Below, one piece after another: positions 1-12,600 of a DNA stretch of 38,568 bases. The notes below the pieces were generated by a model. That model saw only the letters and a program-made list of their open reading frames with translations. It made no database searches and had not been told where the DNA came from. The DNA is from Klebsormidium nitens. Its lineage: Eukaryota; Plantae; Klebsormidiophyceae. A program made the position numbers and the translations under genes. Where the stretch lies: assembly GCA_000708835.1 (NCBI GenBank), contig DF237690.1:1-38568 (forward strand). The letters run 5' to 3'. Positions within the stretch are counted from its first letter, which is position 1. The number at the start of each line of letters is the position of its first letter.

Positions 1-1269
1 TTGGTGGTTTTGAGAGCTGAAAAGCCTGGCGCCTTCCTGCAAGGCCTCTTTGGGGCGACTGGGCTTGGCACCGCCATTGAAAAGCATGTTTTATACATGC
101 TCACAGCCGGGAAAGGGTCATTTTCAAGTGCCAAATGTGTGCGCCCACGAGGAGAACTTGAACTTCGGACTTGAAGTTCAAGTTCTGAGGACGGCCGGCA
201 TCCCGGCCGTATATGTAAGTACTGGGTGGTGGTTTAAGTCCAAAGTTCCAGCGTTTCTGAAGCCGTGATGTCCGTGTGTGTGATAGTTATGTTCGCCCGC
301 CAGCCAGCTGGCCCACTCGCCTCTGAATATTTCAAAGCTAGATTACGCCCAGATTACGGTGTTTTGAGTTTCTGAAGGACCTGATGATGTGATGATAGCT
401 GTCAGTAACATACCGGTCGTTGCCCTACGTATTGGACAATGGAAACCCTCTGAGCTAGTTTGATGGGCCTCGAAGTGTAGATTGGTAGGTGCTCAAACAC
501 GTAACGGCCCGTGGCCGCGATCCATAGAGATTCACATGTCGCAACATCGAAGCCGCCCAAAGGACTTCAAAGTAATTGCAGTACTGTATCAAAAAAGTGG
601 ATTTGAGATACATCAGGAGTATACTGAGGACATGTAAGGGCCGTCCATGGGCACGGTATTATGTACACGTGGCCCTATGTGTACATGCGCATGTATATGC
701 TTTAACCGTCGGATAACGTGCGGAGGAGAACATCATCAATCAATAAGTGATCACCCCAGTTAATTGCAATCATGCATTTATGCCACATGCGCGAGTATAT
801 CTATAGCGTGCACTCATGAGTTCGCTGAACATATAGGGCCTACATTGTACATATGGCTCTAGTTACATAATCAGTGCATACATTGCAAAACGTTCAGACA
901 ATTGCAAACCGTACGTCACATGCGGCCGACACGTGAATTGAACCTCATGCACAAAAGCCGGTGGTGCAACAATATATAAGATGCCTTCAAGGCTTGATTG
1001 ACATATGGGAATAATCACATACGAGGAGCAAAACTTGTAGTACCCCAATCATAGCAAGCATGTGCCATGCATGCATCGTAATGTAACTGAAAGCAGACCA
1101 GCTTTCAACCATGCAACTGACAAGCTTTCTCAGGTCGCCAATTGTTGGCAGACCAGATCGATAAAAATCAAGTATGTAAACCAAGTACCTACTAGACTCA
1201 ATATTAATATCAATGGGAATAAGACATATAATCACCACATGCTTAGTAAATCAAAAACATAAGTACGTT

Positions 1270-4200
1270 TTAAGTTGGCAAAACACTGTCCATCGTTTTT
1301 CTATATTTCACTTGACTCACGTACAGATCTTCGAAGATTGAGAACTTGAATGCATGATACGTCTTCTCAATCTCGGCTTTCACAGGCAGTACAATCTTGC
1401 CGTGGCTGTTCATTGCTTGCATCGCATCTGCTATGCTTTCAAACTGCCTAGCAGCAACCGCGCCTACAATCGCCGCGCCGAGCAAAACTGGTTCCGACTC
1501 TCTTGGGAGGATGACTGGGCACTCTGTGACGGCAAAACGAACCGAAAAGTGTCAAAGCAGATGATCTGAGAGACAAATCAAGTCGATCGTTGCATTTCAA
1601 AGACGTACATCCAGTTCCAGCCGCTCCCATCAACGCTGCTCCTTTGAGAAAGATTACGAGATACTTCTCACGTCGATCTTTTTGAAAGGTTCAGGGTGCA
1701 TAAGCGAGATAATCTCACCTGTTATATCCGCATGCTGCTTCAGAAAGAGCGAATTCTTTGCTAAACCTCCGCAAGCAATAATTGTATCAACCTGCACAGA
1801 CCATAGCATGTGTTTGTAAGGCTGAGACCATAGGATGTGTTTGTAAGGCTGACAGTACGTGCTATTTCACAAAGCGAGGGCAGTGACGTATCTAGGAATA
1901 CACGGATCAAGCTACCGTACACAGAACGCAACAGACTGCATATGCTGGCGGAATAGTACTACTTTCCGTCAAAGGGAGTTATCTAGTAATCGTCTTGGTC
2001 TGTGACAACTAGAGAAGCGGAGACTCTGGTCACTAGTGACAGCAATCAAAGTGGCCAATCAGCTTCATATGGTTCGAAAATTTGTATCAATCCGTTCAAG
2101 ATGGCTCAAAGGTTTATGGACTTTGTCGTGGCCCTTGTATCGAACTTGCCAACAATCGGATCTTCAGAAACCCGTTCCGCAAGTTCGTGGTATCTGAGTT
2201 CACCTTATGCGCGCTCGCATTCATCTTTTCGATGATCTGGCGCGTGCCATACGCTATTCCCTGGACCGCTGCCAGGTACAGCCTCGCAAGGGCGTCCTCT
2301 CCGCTCTCCAGAGTCAGCCCACAAATGACGCCCCGGGAACTTGGGTCCGCCTGGGGAGCCCTGAGTGATAGAAGACAAACACTTACTCTTTCAGCATTCA
2401 TGTTCGCCAGAAAGATTCGATCGTTGAAGTGGAAACCTGAAACTGTCGGTTTGGTGTTCTTGATGTGAGAATGAATTGGAAACCTCAATAACGGAACCGT
2501 TTCCAGTACCGTTCCGGGCAAAATTGCCCTGAGTGATGACACCCAAATTTGTCGGTCTGGAACGGATCGAAGGAGAGTCATTGCTTGACATGATTGCAAT
2601 GTAGGTTGCGGCAAAACCACTCAAGCCATTTGCTGGGGACCAGTGCTTGCTTGCTCCTCGTGTTGGACTTCGTGGCACTACGCAATCGGCTCTGAAATGT
2701 GTTCAACCAATTACGAACTCAAGGAGCACGGCGCGCGATCTGATTGAAGCTCAGCTCACTGTCATTTCGGGGCAGGCAGGAACTGCGATCAAGACAAATT
2801 AAGTGTGAATCAATCGTACCTAAGGGCAAGTATTGAAAAGCCGTAGCTAGAAAGTTGCCTCCACGAGTCTCCGGGAGGAACCAACCAGACTGTACGAATA
2901 AACCGGCCTACCTGTTCCCGTGCCAGTCTGGAAGCACGTGAAGATCTCGCGTCAGAGCTGCCAGGAACGGAGCCCCCTCTTTCGCAGCCATCTCCTCTAA
3001 CCTTCGGTTCAGCAACTCGGTTACTTTACACCCTGCGAGGTTTGATGAAGAGGTCAGCCTGACTGCAAAATCAGAAGACCACTAGGGGCAGATGTCGGAA
3101 TCAGATACTGCTTAGTACGTCCGCAGAGAGAGTTCTGCTCGCAAAGAAAAGCATCTGAGCAAGGGTCGATCGTTATGGTGAAAGGGACAGGGCTTAGTGC
3201 AAAGGTTTACCATCGATGAAGAGAATGGTACGTAGTTGAACTCTGAAAGACCGCGAAATAAAAGCTACGAAGTCTGGAGGTCAGGAACAGAACACTGGTT
3301 AGGCCGTTGGTGGAGAGAGTCTTGTGCCCTTCAAAGGGAAGTATTTGAGCGCGAGTCAATATCTGTGATGATAAGGACAAGGCTTGTTACCTAAATTTGC
3401 CTGCGTTTACCGTTGGATGGCAAAATGGTAAACATTCAGCCTCTGAAAGAGCCCGACTTTTCCTCGAACCGCACTGTCAAAAGCATCTTGAGCAAGCGCT
3501 CTGACGGTGACTATTGTAGTGTGATAACAGCTTTACGACTTCGGTCTATCGAAATCCGCCCACGCAATGCTCTTTGGCTGTTCCTTAGAGAAGTGATGCG
3601 CCACCCGATTGTCAAAAAGATGGTCAAAAGGTCTGCAGCGATCTTTTATGATAGAGTGATCTTAAAACTTCCTAGAACTCCCATTTATTGAAGTACTGCA
3701 GAATCCACAAACGGATCAACCGCTCAAGCATCGGACCCTCTTAGAGGACATGTTTTGCCGGTTTGTTGTCGACTACGTTGTCTGACAGAGGCTCTCAAAA
3801 CAAGCGGAAAAAAGGGACTCGCCGCTTACCTGCTTCTTTCGCTCGCTCGCTCAGGGCTTGATAAGCGGAGTGGCCCTCAAAGATGTGGTCGAGAAGGGCG
3901 CCCGTTGCACTCTGGCCCCCTTCCGTAAGCCACAGCCCGGGGATCATGCCTGCGCAGAAAAAGTGTGTAAGCAAAGTCTCAAAATGTGACGAGAGTGGCC
4001 GGAAAACAGGGCCTGAAATCATGCTTTGACGAGGAGACGACTCAAGTAAGTGCAAGAAGAGTCTCAATAAGTGATCAGAGCGGCCGGGGTCCAGAGCCCG
4101 GGGACCAGGCCTTTGAGGAAACGACTCAGATTCGGTGTAAGAAGAGTTCAGAAGGTTGACAAGAGCGAACAGAGGACAGGGCTTGAAATCATGCCTGTGA

Positions 4201-7200
4201 CGAAACATCTCAGATTAATGAAAGGAAAGCCTAAATGATGACAAGAGCGGCCGGGGGACACAGCTCGGGGATTATGCCTCCGCAGAAACGACTCGGTTTT
4301 GCTCTTAAGAAGTCTCAAAGGCTGAGACGGGGGCGCGAGAGCCATGAGCCATGCCCGCGAGGAAACGACTCGAATTTGGGGCAAGAAAGGAGGATGTGGG
4401 CTGGGCAGAAGTCTAGGCCGGATACAGTAGTGGGCGTTCAAATATGAACTCGGACTCAGCAATCCATGCTTTCAGCATCCATCAGTTTAGCTCAAGGGAG
4501 AGAACAAAATATTTCCAGACTCCTACCTTCATTCGTTGGAAGGTCAATCTGGGTTTCGCCTGACGGATACTTGTAATCCAACCTGAACCCAGTCGAACAA
4601 TGACCAAAACGGGCCCAGACTCAAAGAGGTCCTTCGACCAAAACGGGCGCAGACCCAAGGAGGCTCCTTGCGAAGTACACCTGCCTTCGAACTTTCCCAC
4701 AAGGAACAATAAAACTACTTTTTGACATATCGCACCTGACCAGAACGGCCCCCACACTCCTGGCACGAACAGTGACCCATCGGACACTGCCATGTGGCAG
4801 CTGGACGTGCCGCACACCAGGGCCAGCCGCCGTGCAAACACCGACGCTGCGCTGACGTCGTCGCTGCTGCTGACGTCAGCTGGGACGCCGGCCATGGTGC
4901 CCACCCCGCCTGCATGCGCATCAATGAGCCCAGCGCCGACTGGGGTGCCCTCAGGAAGGCCGAGGTCCTGTATAAAATAAACAGAGACACTTTCACGAGT
5001 AAGTGTCCGAGTCCGATCTCTTGTTCAGATCTCTACTCAAAATTTTAAAAACTTGCTGACATTTCAAAGTCCTATGCGGGACTCCAACTCGACCGGAGGG
5101 CTCGGTGCTGAGCAAGAGATGTCTTTGCCCGGGCCTCGAAGGTGTGCACATATCAGGTGTTCCCTAATGGCTTTGTTGAGAAGTCAAGTGAAGCAGCTAC
5201 AAAACACCAATAAAAGCCCGGACTACTCCTTTCGGTGGTTGACAAATAGCAATCTGCTTATTGGATACTGTTCTTTCCTCACCTCAGCCGCCTGCTTCGT
5301 GAGACCCCCTCCCAGAGGATACCCCGGGAAAGCGACCCGTGCCCCTGCACGTGGCACGAAAAGCTGTACGATTGGTCTACAGTAATTAGACCAGCGGGTG
5401 ACTCAATTGGCAAGCTGTGGTCGACATTTTGCAAGCCACACGATCAGCAGCGATTCAGCAACAGCAGGAGTGACGGGGTCGACCGTCGTTCTACTTATTC
5501 CCCATCCCGTTCAAAGCAACCCACTCACAGCAACAAACGATGACAAAAAGTCAGGTAATTGACGTCCCCAAATTGTTTGCAAGAGTACAAGCGCTGTTGT
5601 ATTAGTCAGAAGAAACTCCCAAGTTTTGCCAGCAGCCTCGATTCAAGCTTTTTCCGTTCCTCCTCCTGTTCCTGTTCCTCCTGGAAAGCGCGCGCGATTC
5701 GCGTCGGACGGCATCACCACTAAGGAAAGGCTACCTTCAAATAGAAAAGAATACTGCAAAAAGGAGTTCTTAACAATCCTTTGCCTGTTCGTCTTATGAC
5801 CCGTCGAAAATCCGCGTCTTACCAAACCGTTTGAAATCCTCTTCCACAACATCCCCCAGCCCAATGCCCCGCCAGAAGTCTTTGTCCCACCCAGCCGCCG
5901 GCATCGGCCCTTCCCGCTCGCTTGCGCCAACGTGGGCATGACCCCGGTATGTCCATTTGCAGACGATGGTGCACAGGCTGCGGGTGTCGTCTCCAGTCGA
6001 CCTGCATACAGACGCTATCATTTCGTTCCCAAGAGTTTCTCAGACCGGGTTTCGTGTTTTTGATCGCCCCTCTCTGTGTTAGCTGGATCGACGACCTTAC
6101 AAGACAGCCTTTGACAAGGCAGCCACAGCTTAGGAGATCGATTGTCACCTTGCGTTCTGGCCGTCCTCTTGTTGCAGATTCGTGTATCAGCATAGGCTGT
6201 GGACGTCCCTGACTACTTCGAAAAGACTCCCATGAATGTCGGAGTTGCTAGTTGCTCAAGGAGTGTCGAATTCTTCAAGTAGGAAGAGGGTTCGTGCGAC
6301 TATGACAGAGCTCGTTTCAGTATGTAGGCGCATTTTTGGACCCAGCTGTTTGTGCCGTAGCATTTGCTGGCTGCCAAGTGGTCAGGCAACAATTCCAAAG
6401 CGACCTGAAAAGCTTCGTGCAGCGAGCGACATCAATGAATCTCTACGAGCTTCTTCCATCGGCACAACTCTTGCAAGTGGTTGTTGTGACACACAGCGAC
6501 CTTGATCAAAAGCACAGGTTATGAGGAGAAGCCACGCAACCACATGACAGACTCACTTGTAAGACAGCCAATCCGCCAAGTCAAACCAGCCCTTCGCCCT
6601 AGCCCAGGATTCCGGTAGCTTCTCCTTCACCCACATGAGCTGCACAATTGATGGAAGTTTGTCAGGCCAACCAGACCACTTGTATAGATAACATGCATTT
6701 GATTCAGCGGTTGCGTTCTAAATACATTTCAGCGTCAAAAAAATGGTCGAGCTTCTTGAGAAGGGGGAACTCGGTCCTTCTTCAAGCCAACTCCATGCTT
6801 GCAAGACCTGACAACATCGTCGTAGAGTCAGCCAGCCACACGCAGAGAGGATGACATGTGAATCTTGCCTGAACAGATTAGCTTGCTGCAGAGAAATAAA
6901 GCTGCAGGACAGGGGCGAAAGAACTATGAACTAGAATTGACAAAAGCTTCTTTCACGTCTTACATACTTGCCAGCAACATTTCATTGATGTCTAAAAAGA
7001 AAGGAGCGAAGCTGATTCTAAGCTCACTTTCCAGACTACTCAACACACAAGCAGGTTCTGTAAGTAAGCTGCCAATTCTTGATAATCTGATACCTTGGGT
7101 GGTTCGTTCTCTGGTGAGATATGCCCCCCAACGTACCGCAGCGCCTCCTGACCGTCGAACTTCTTGTTGATTCGCTGTGCCTGGTCTACAGCGCGGTGGT

Positions 7201-8617
7201 CCAGCCAGACAATGATGTCACGGGCGTCATCCCCGGAACGAGACACAGACACGGGCGCATCTAATTCTCCAACGGCAACTGCAAGGTATGAAGGAAGTAT
7301 GCAGGTTTGCATGCTTGAGGAGTCCCCGATGGCAGTTGTTTCATAGAGAGACGGACAAATTCCTCAAAGAGGAGTGCCTCTGAGAAATTGGAATTTCCAA
7401 GAGACTCTACGTAAGTTCAGAGAGGAGTGTGGACTGACAGTTTCCCCCGAGGCAAGAGGTTGAGTTTGCCCGGACCATCAGATAGGATTGTCATCGTTTC
7501 TGACAACCATGTTCGAACTGCGACGGCCATCGACATTGAGGCCTTGATCGCATGGTGATGGCCTTTCTTGCAGCTGGGGGCGGAATAAAGAGCAGCCTGG
7601 CAGCGCAAGATTGCGGTAGAAGATATGCAGGGCAGATCTGGCCCACCTTCAACTTGTTAAGTATAACTCAATCAGGGAGTTGAAAAGACAATGGGTGAGA
7701 ATTTTCGAAAGTCTCACCCAAAGAGCAGGTTGCATCAAACCCCAGTCCCTTGACGCTTGCAGCATCAACCCCCGCCTCCCTCACGGCACTCTTGACGGCC
7801 GAGCATACAGAGTCCCAAATGTTGGCGGAGGATTGCTGCATTGGATACAAAGCAGACAAACAGGAGATAAACATGGGCCAGATCCTTGTGTCGAGCAGAG
7901 ACCGACAACAGATTGTCAGAAGGCTTTGAGCAGAAGAACCCAGAACAATTGGGGCATTTGTTTTGACCCGAGTATTACTGCTTTGTGAACTTCCCACTCC
8001 TAGCGAAAGTCTTAGTGCAATCTGCTTGGAATTGCCAGCGAAGTCCAACACCGCTATCCTGCCACAGAGTACCCTTCTGGTCCACTTCATTCCTGGAAGA
8101 TTGCTTCTACAGGTCTTGCGTCTGGCATGTTAAGTCCAATGCAGTCTAACCCAATTGCACTGTGCATCTTTGAAAAGAAGACGTACCTCAGCGAAGTCGC
8201 CCTCCTTCCAAATTGCAATCTCCTTGGATGAAGTCCCAACCATCCTGCCTTCTTGGCTGAAGACACCTGCAGGAGACATGTCATTGTAAGGCTGCTCTGA
8301 AACGCCCTTTGAAACGAGTGCAAGTCAGCAACAGGTTAAGGCCCAAACCCTCTTGCACAACAACCATTGGTCTCAGAGTGAAATTCAGGGAGATGCCACA
8401 TCGTACAGCATTGCAGTACTTTCAAATGTCTTTATCCACAATGTAGAACCAAACCCTAATATTCAAAATGCTCAGGTGTTCTGCTGCCGTGACAGCAAGC
8501 TCCGATAGCTGAAACCAAGGGGCCATCTTGGACTTCTTCAGCTCCTCAAAAAGAAGTCCCAAACTCACCAGCTCTTGCACTGCCGGTACCCACATCGACG
8601 CCCACATAGTAGGCCAT
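1270..8617 (-). CDS. FGGY: FGGY-family carbohydrate kinase (D-ribulokinase / YDR109C-like), 13 coding exons, ~570 aa
   Basis: Exons (minus): 8569-8617, 8187-8266, 7718-7835, 7094-7278, 6557-6639, 5823-6001, 5283-5344, 4736-4967, 3830-3949, 2912-3032, 2204-2360, 1719-1791, 1270-1523. All introns are GT-AG, phases are consistent, total 1713 nt. Family motifs: [120 protein letters not shown] possible acceptor at 8647 means an upstream UTR or N-terminal exon cannot be excluded. Confidence 0.93.
1799..1852. repeat. 27-bp tandem duplication abutting the FGGY exon 12 acceptor
   Basis: gaccatagcatgtgtttgtaaggctga (1799-1825) and gaccataggatgtgtttgtaaggctga (1826-1852) differ by 1 base. Confidence 0.9.
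3931..4420. repeat. Degenerate ~77-84-bp tandem array (about 6 units) overlapping the FGGY exon 9 acceptor
   Basis: An anchor motif ga(a/g)ac(g/a)(a/t)ctc recurs at 4034, 4118, 4202, 4285 and 4362. The unit at 4259-4288 matches the exon/intron junction 3931-3960 at 27/30. Confidence 0.8.
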
Positions 8618-9607
8618 TGCATAGATTGAGATTGGCTCAGCTTCTCCTGGGTATCAATGCAAGCGTCTGGGGGCTGTGCTCAGATCCCCAATTGTCTAGT
8701 GTATAATACTAATAGCGTTCTTCAGCAGGTTCGATCATTCTGAGCTGCTTGAGCAGAGCTGCAGATGGCTGCGTCCTCTCGGAAGTCTGGAGAAATGGCG
8801 CTGGAGAGAGGAAGTTGAATCCGGACAAACCTCGCGTTAGAAAGCATCATGTTAAACAGGGGTCTTCGACGCCGGCGCCAAGAGGCGAACGTAAAGCTGA
8901 TCCTAGCCGCGAAACCAGCATATCGACGGCCAAAGATGTGCCATGTGGATACACGGTAAAATGCATCAGAAGACAAAACCCTGATAAACTCTTCAGAGGT
9001 TGCAGACTCGGCTAGCGTGCGCACAGCTCGTGCCAGCCTGCTGCAGTGCTTGTTCGATCTGCGGAGGAGAAAGCTGATGGCGTCAGGAGAATTCAGGGGC
9101 GCTTGAGAAGAGTCTGTTGCAAAAGATCAGGAGGAAAGGAAAAGCAAGCCCTGTGAACGTTGGTTATAACGTTTCTGAATTGTGGAATATTTGCGGGTTT
9201 GCATGCATTGCTAGGTGCCTCTCGTTTCAAGTATCAAGGCGAGTTGGGCTTTGGCGGGGCCAGATCACTCTGCTTCTTTTAAGCGGTTCTTGCCCTAGAT
9301 CTAAGAGTAACGCTTTCAGCTGAGGCGCAGATCTGTAGAGAGCATCTGAAGTGCCACCTGGATTTGCAGACCAGGGGAGTGTCTGTTGTAGCTGAAGGTG
9401 CAAAAGATTGCTCAGACATTAGGTGCAGCGGTTTTGCAACCCAGCTGCTTGAAGTACGTAGGACCAGATTGACCAAGACTTTTTCTTGGCAAAGTACGCT
9501 GGTCCATTTTCCTGAAGACAGCCTCTTTCTCTACCAAGGAGCTCGTCAATTGGCGGCGATAAGTGGTTGGGGGCTGACAGGGGAGTGAGGGATTGGAAGG
9601 GGGCCAG
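8618..9607. promoter_or_regulatory. Divergent promoter region FGGY / SMO2
   Basis: 990 bp between head-to-head ATGs, with TGGGCT at 9245. Inferred mainly from gene geometry. Confidence 0.4.
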
Positions 9608-12600
9608 ATGGCTCAGCCTCAGAATGCTTTCGAGAGCGCATGGCTGATGCTGACGGACAACTTCACCGAGTTTCAGCTGGCCTCGATTGGAAGTTTTCTC
9701 ATCCATGAGAGTGTGTACTTCCTTTCGGGCATTCCGTTCCTGCTTATGGAGATGTACAACATACGCAAATACAAAATACAGGTCAGTCGCGGTTTGCACG
9801 GGGTCATGGTGATGTCGTAATTGGAATGCTGGTTCTACTTGAAGTTCATTTGAATCGGTGCAGACCTGAGAATGGAACCTACATGTCAACATCTGTCTGC
9901 TCTGCACGCCATATTTCGCAATCTGATGCTGGAGGAGCTTCCAGAGAATTACGATGGTGACAACACAACAGGTGCTCGACCACTTGATGGTTGTCGTTTG
10001 CAAGATTGTATCCTTCGCAACTGCTTATCATTTTTGTCTGTCAAGCTCCTTTGAGGAACCTGGAATGGAAAGTTGCTTCATCCAGCTCTTGCTACAACTT
10101 GCACTGTTGGTTGCCATCTGGATCCTCCTGTCATTTTGAGGTTTTTCCATAAGTAATGATTTCTTACTTTTGCAAAGAAGCGGCTTAGCCCTGTGCCACT
10201 AGCTCATTTACTGGTCCTCTCTGGTTCTTTGCCAAATTGGACCGGGTCAATGCTTGTCATTTGTTGTTCTACGCTATTGACAGGTTCCCTTGAAGCTGAT
10301 GTCCTTGACTATTCAACCTGTTCCAGAAATGAATGGAATTAGAAGATTCAATTCCTGGTCAATCAACTCTAGCGTGGTTAGGCAGCTCTCATTGCGCTGC
10401 TGAAAAATTGAATTTGGTTGTCCACTGAGGTGTGCCCCAGCTTCTGGCTTTGATAAGGGGCTAAGGCGCTGACAAAAAGCCAGTGCTTAATTGGTAGACA
10501 CTGTTTCCAGGTGACCATTTTCACGATGGCCAATATTACTTCTCGGTGGTATACGCTGCACTTGTCACCTCTTTCAGCTGTGCGTTACGTATTTTCAGTG
10601 AAAGCAACCTTTTGGTTCTCGCTAACTAGCTCCCTTTGCCTCACTTTGAACTCATCACCTCCTTGTACCTGCAGCCAGTTTCCGTGCAGACATCGAACAT
10701 TTAAAATCTTCTTTTGACGCTTTGCTTGCTTGTGAACAGAAAAAGGTGAACACGTCGGCGGCGCAGCAGAAGTGCTTGAAGAAGCTGATGTTCTACCACT
10801 TTTGCGTCAACCTGCCAGTCATGATGCTCTCGTATCCTGTCTTCAAGTACATGGGCTTTACCACCGCGCTGCCGCTCCCTTCCTGGTATGCATCTGACAC
10901 CTTGATACACATTTTTCCTTCGCTTTTGTTTATCGAACCAATCAACGCAGAGCTCTTTTCTTAGGCCTTCCTTGGAATCGACATCTGTATTGGTGCTTGG
11001 TGATGCCCAAGGTTTGTCATCTCAAGATCTATAACAGTCAAGGGCCACAGTGTGAAAATTCTGATCGGTTCAGCTGTCATTGCCTCCCAGAAATTGGCTT
11101 CATCACCATGTCAGAATGTGGATCAATTCAGTTGCGCCAAAGTATGACCACCTCAAGCACACCAATATCATCTTGTTCGGCAGTCGCATGCTGAGCTAAG
11201 TCTCAATTCAGGTGAGAGTTGGGAAGCGTCGGGCACGTTCAGGGTTTTGGTGTCCTCACTGAACATCCTCTGCTTTCTACAGCGCCTGTCAATCTTCCAA
11301 ATGTTTTCTATTTCAAACAAGAGTCCCTTGTTTGCAGGAAAACGATCGGGGGCCAGCTGTTCTTGTACTTCATCATTGAGGACTTCATCTTCTATTGGGG
11401 CCACCGGCTCCTGCACACAAAGCTCCTCTACAAGTACATACACTCTGTGCACCACGAGTGAGTCCATCTGATCTGCCGCTTGTGCACTGAAAAGCCCGTC
11501 AAGGAAGTTTGCGCCAAGGCTGAGTCCTTGCTGGAGGAGAATTATAGGATCGAGGCCCTCCGCTTGTGCACGAGAAATCTCCCAGGTTTTTTGGTAAGCA
11601 CGCGGAGCTCATGCGACAAGAAGCGACACAGAAGGAAGGTCTTTTGGTTAGACCCGTTTTCTCTTGAAATCATTGTTTTCTGCTCTGGTTGGACAGCAGC
11701 TCTTTCAGACGCTTTCACTGTCTTCTTTAGTCTTCTGGTCCTCCTTCCCCGTCTGAACGTTCGGGGCACATGGTTGAATCGAGCCACTGTCGTCTCACCA
11801 CCCAAAAGTTGCTTGCACCAAACAAGCACTTTGCCCATGTTGATTTGTAAGTGACAGCATTCATCAGGAGGAGGACGGAAGGGGGTTGGAGCAGAGACAT
11901 GTATGTTTTCATGGCGTTGATCATTGTGCGGAAGTTGCCTGCTGTCATCCTTCCGCCTGAAAGTTAAATCACGTTCAAGACCAAGACCTTCCATGTTCTT
12001 TAAGTCCACTCAAGCGAGTGCTCAAATGAAAAGACTCGGACAATCAGCAAGTGCTCCCCTCGTGCTCTGATGTTGCGAAAATTCCGGAAACTTCTCCTCA
12101 CAAAGCATGCCACCACCTTCGTGCAGGTAAGTGAGCGCAAGGTTAGATCAAGTCGAACTTGGTCTTCCCAAGTCCTTCATCGACTGCAAGCTCCTTTGTC
12201 CCCTGAACCGTTTCTATTTCTCGTCAGAGAAGAGCAGGGAGTAAGAGAAATCAGCCTTCCCTGCTCGGGCCTGGCCCAAGTCCATTAGTCCATTATTGGC
12301 TTGTATCGAATGCTTAAATCTTCCCTCCCCAGATATGCCACCCCCTTCGGCCTGACTTCCGAGTACGCCCACCCGCTGGAGATCCTCTTCCTGGGTTTCG
12401 CCACGATCGCGGGCCCCGCGCTCACCGGCCCCCACCTGCTGACCCTCTGGCTCTGGATGAGCGTGCGCGTGCTGGAGACGGTGGAGGCGCACTGCGGGTA
12501 CGAGTTCCCGTGGAGCCCCTCCAAGTTCTTCCCGATCTACGGGGGCGCCGACTTCCACGATTACCATCACCGCTGCCTGTACACCAAGAGCGGGAACTAC

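Noticed and set aside
2391-2678. Nested gene in FGGY intron 10
   Set aside because: Alternative-start ORF with no family similarity or promoter and splice support.
5347-5358. ABRE/G-box CACGTGGC as a regulatory site
   Set aside because: It overlaps the acceptor tract of FGGY exon 7, and a single 8-mer is expected by chance.
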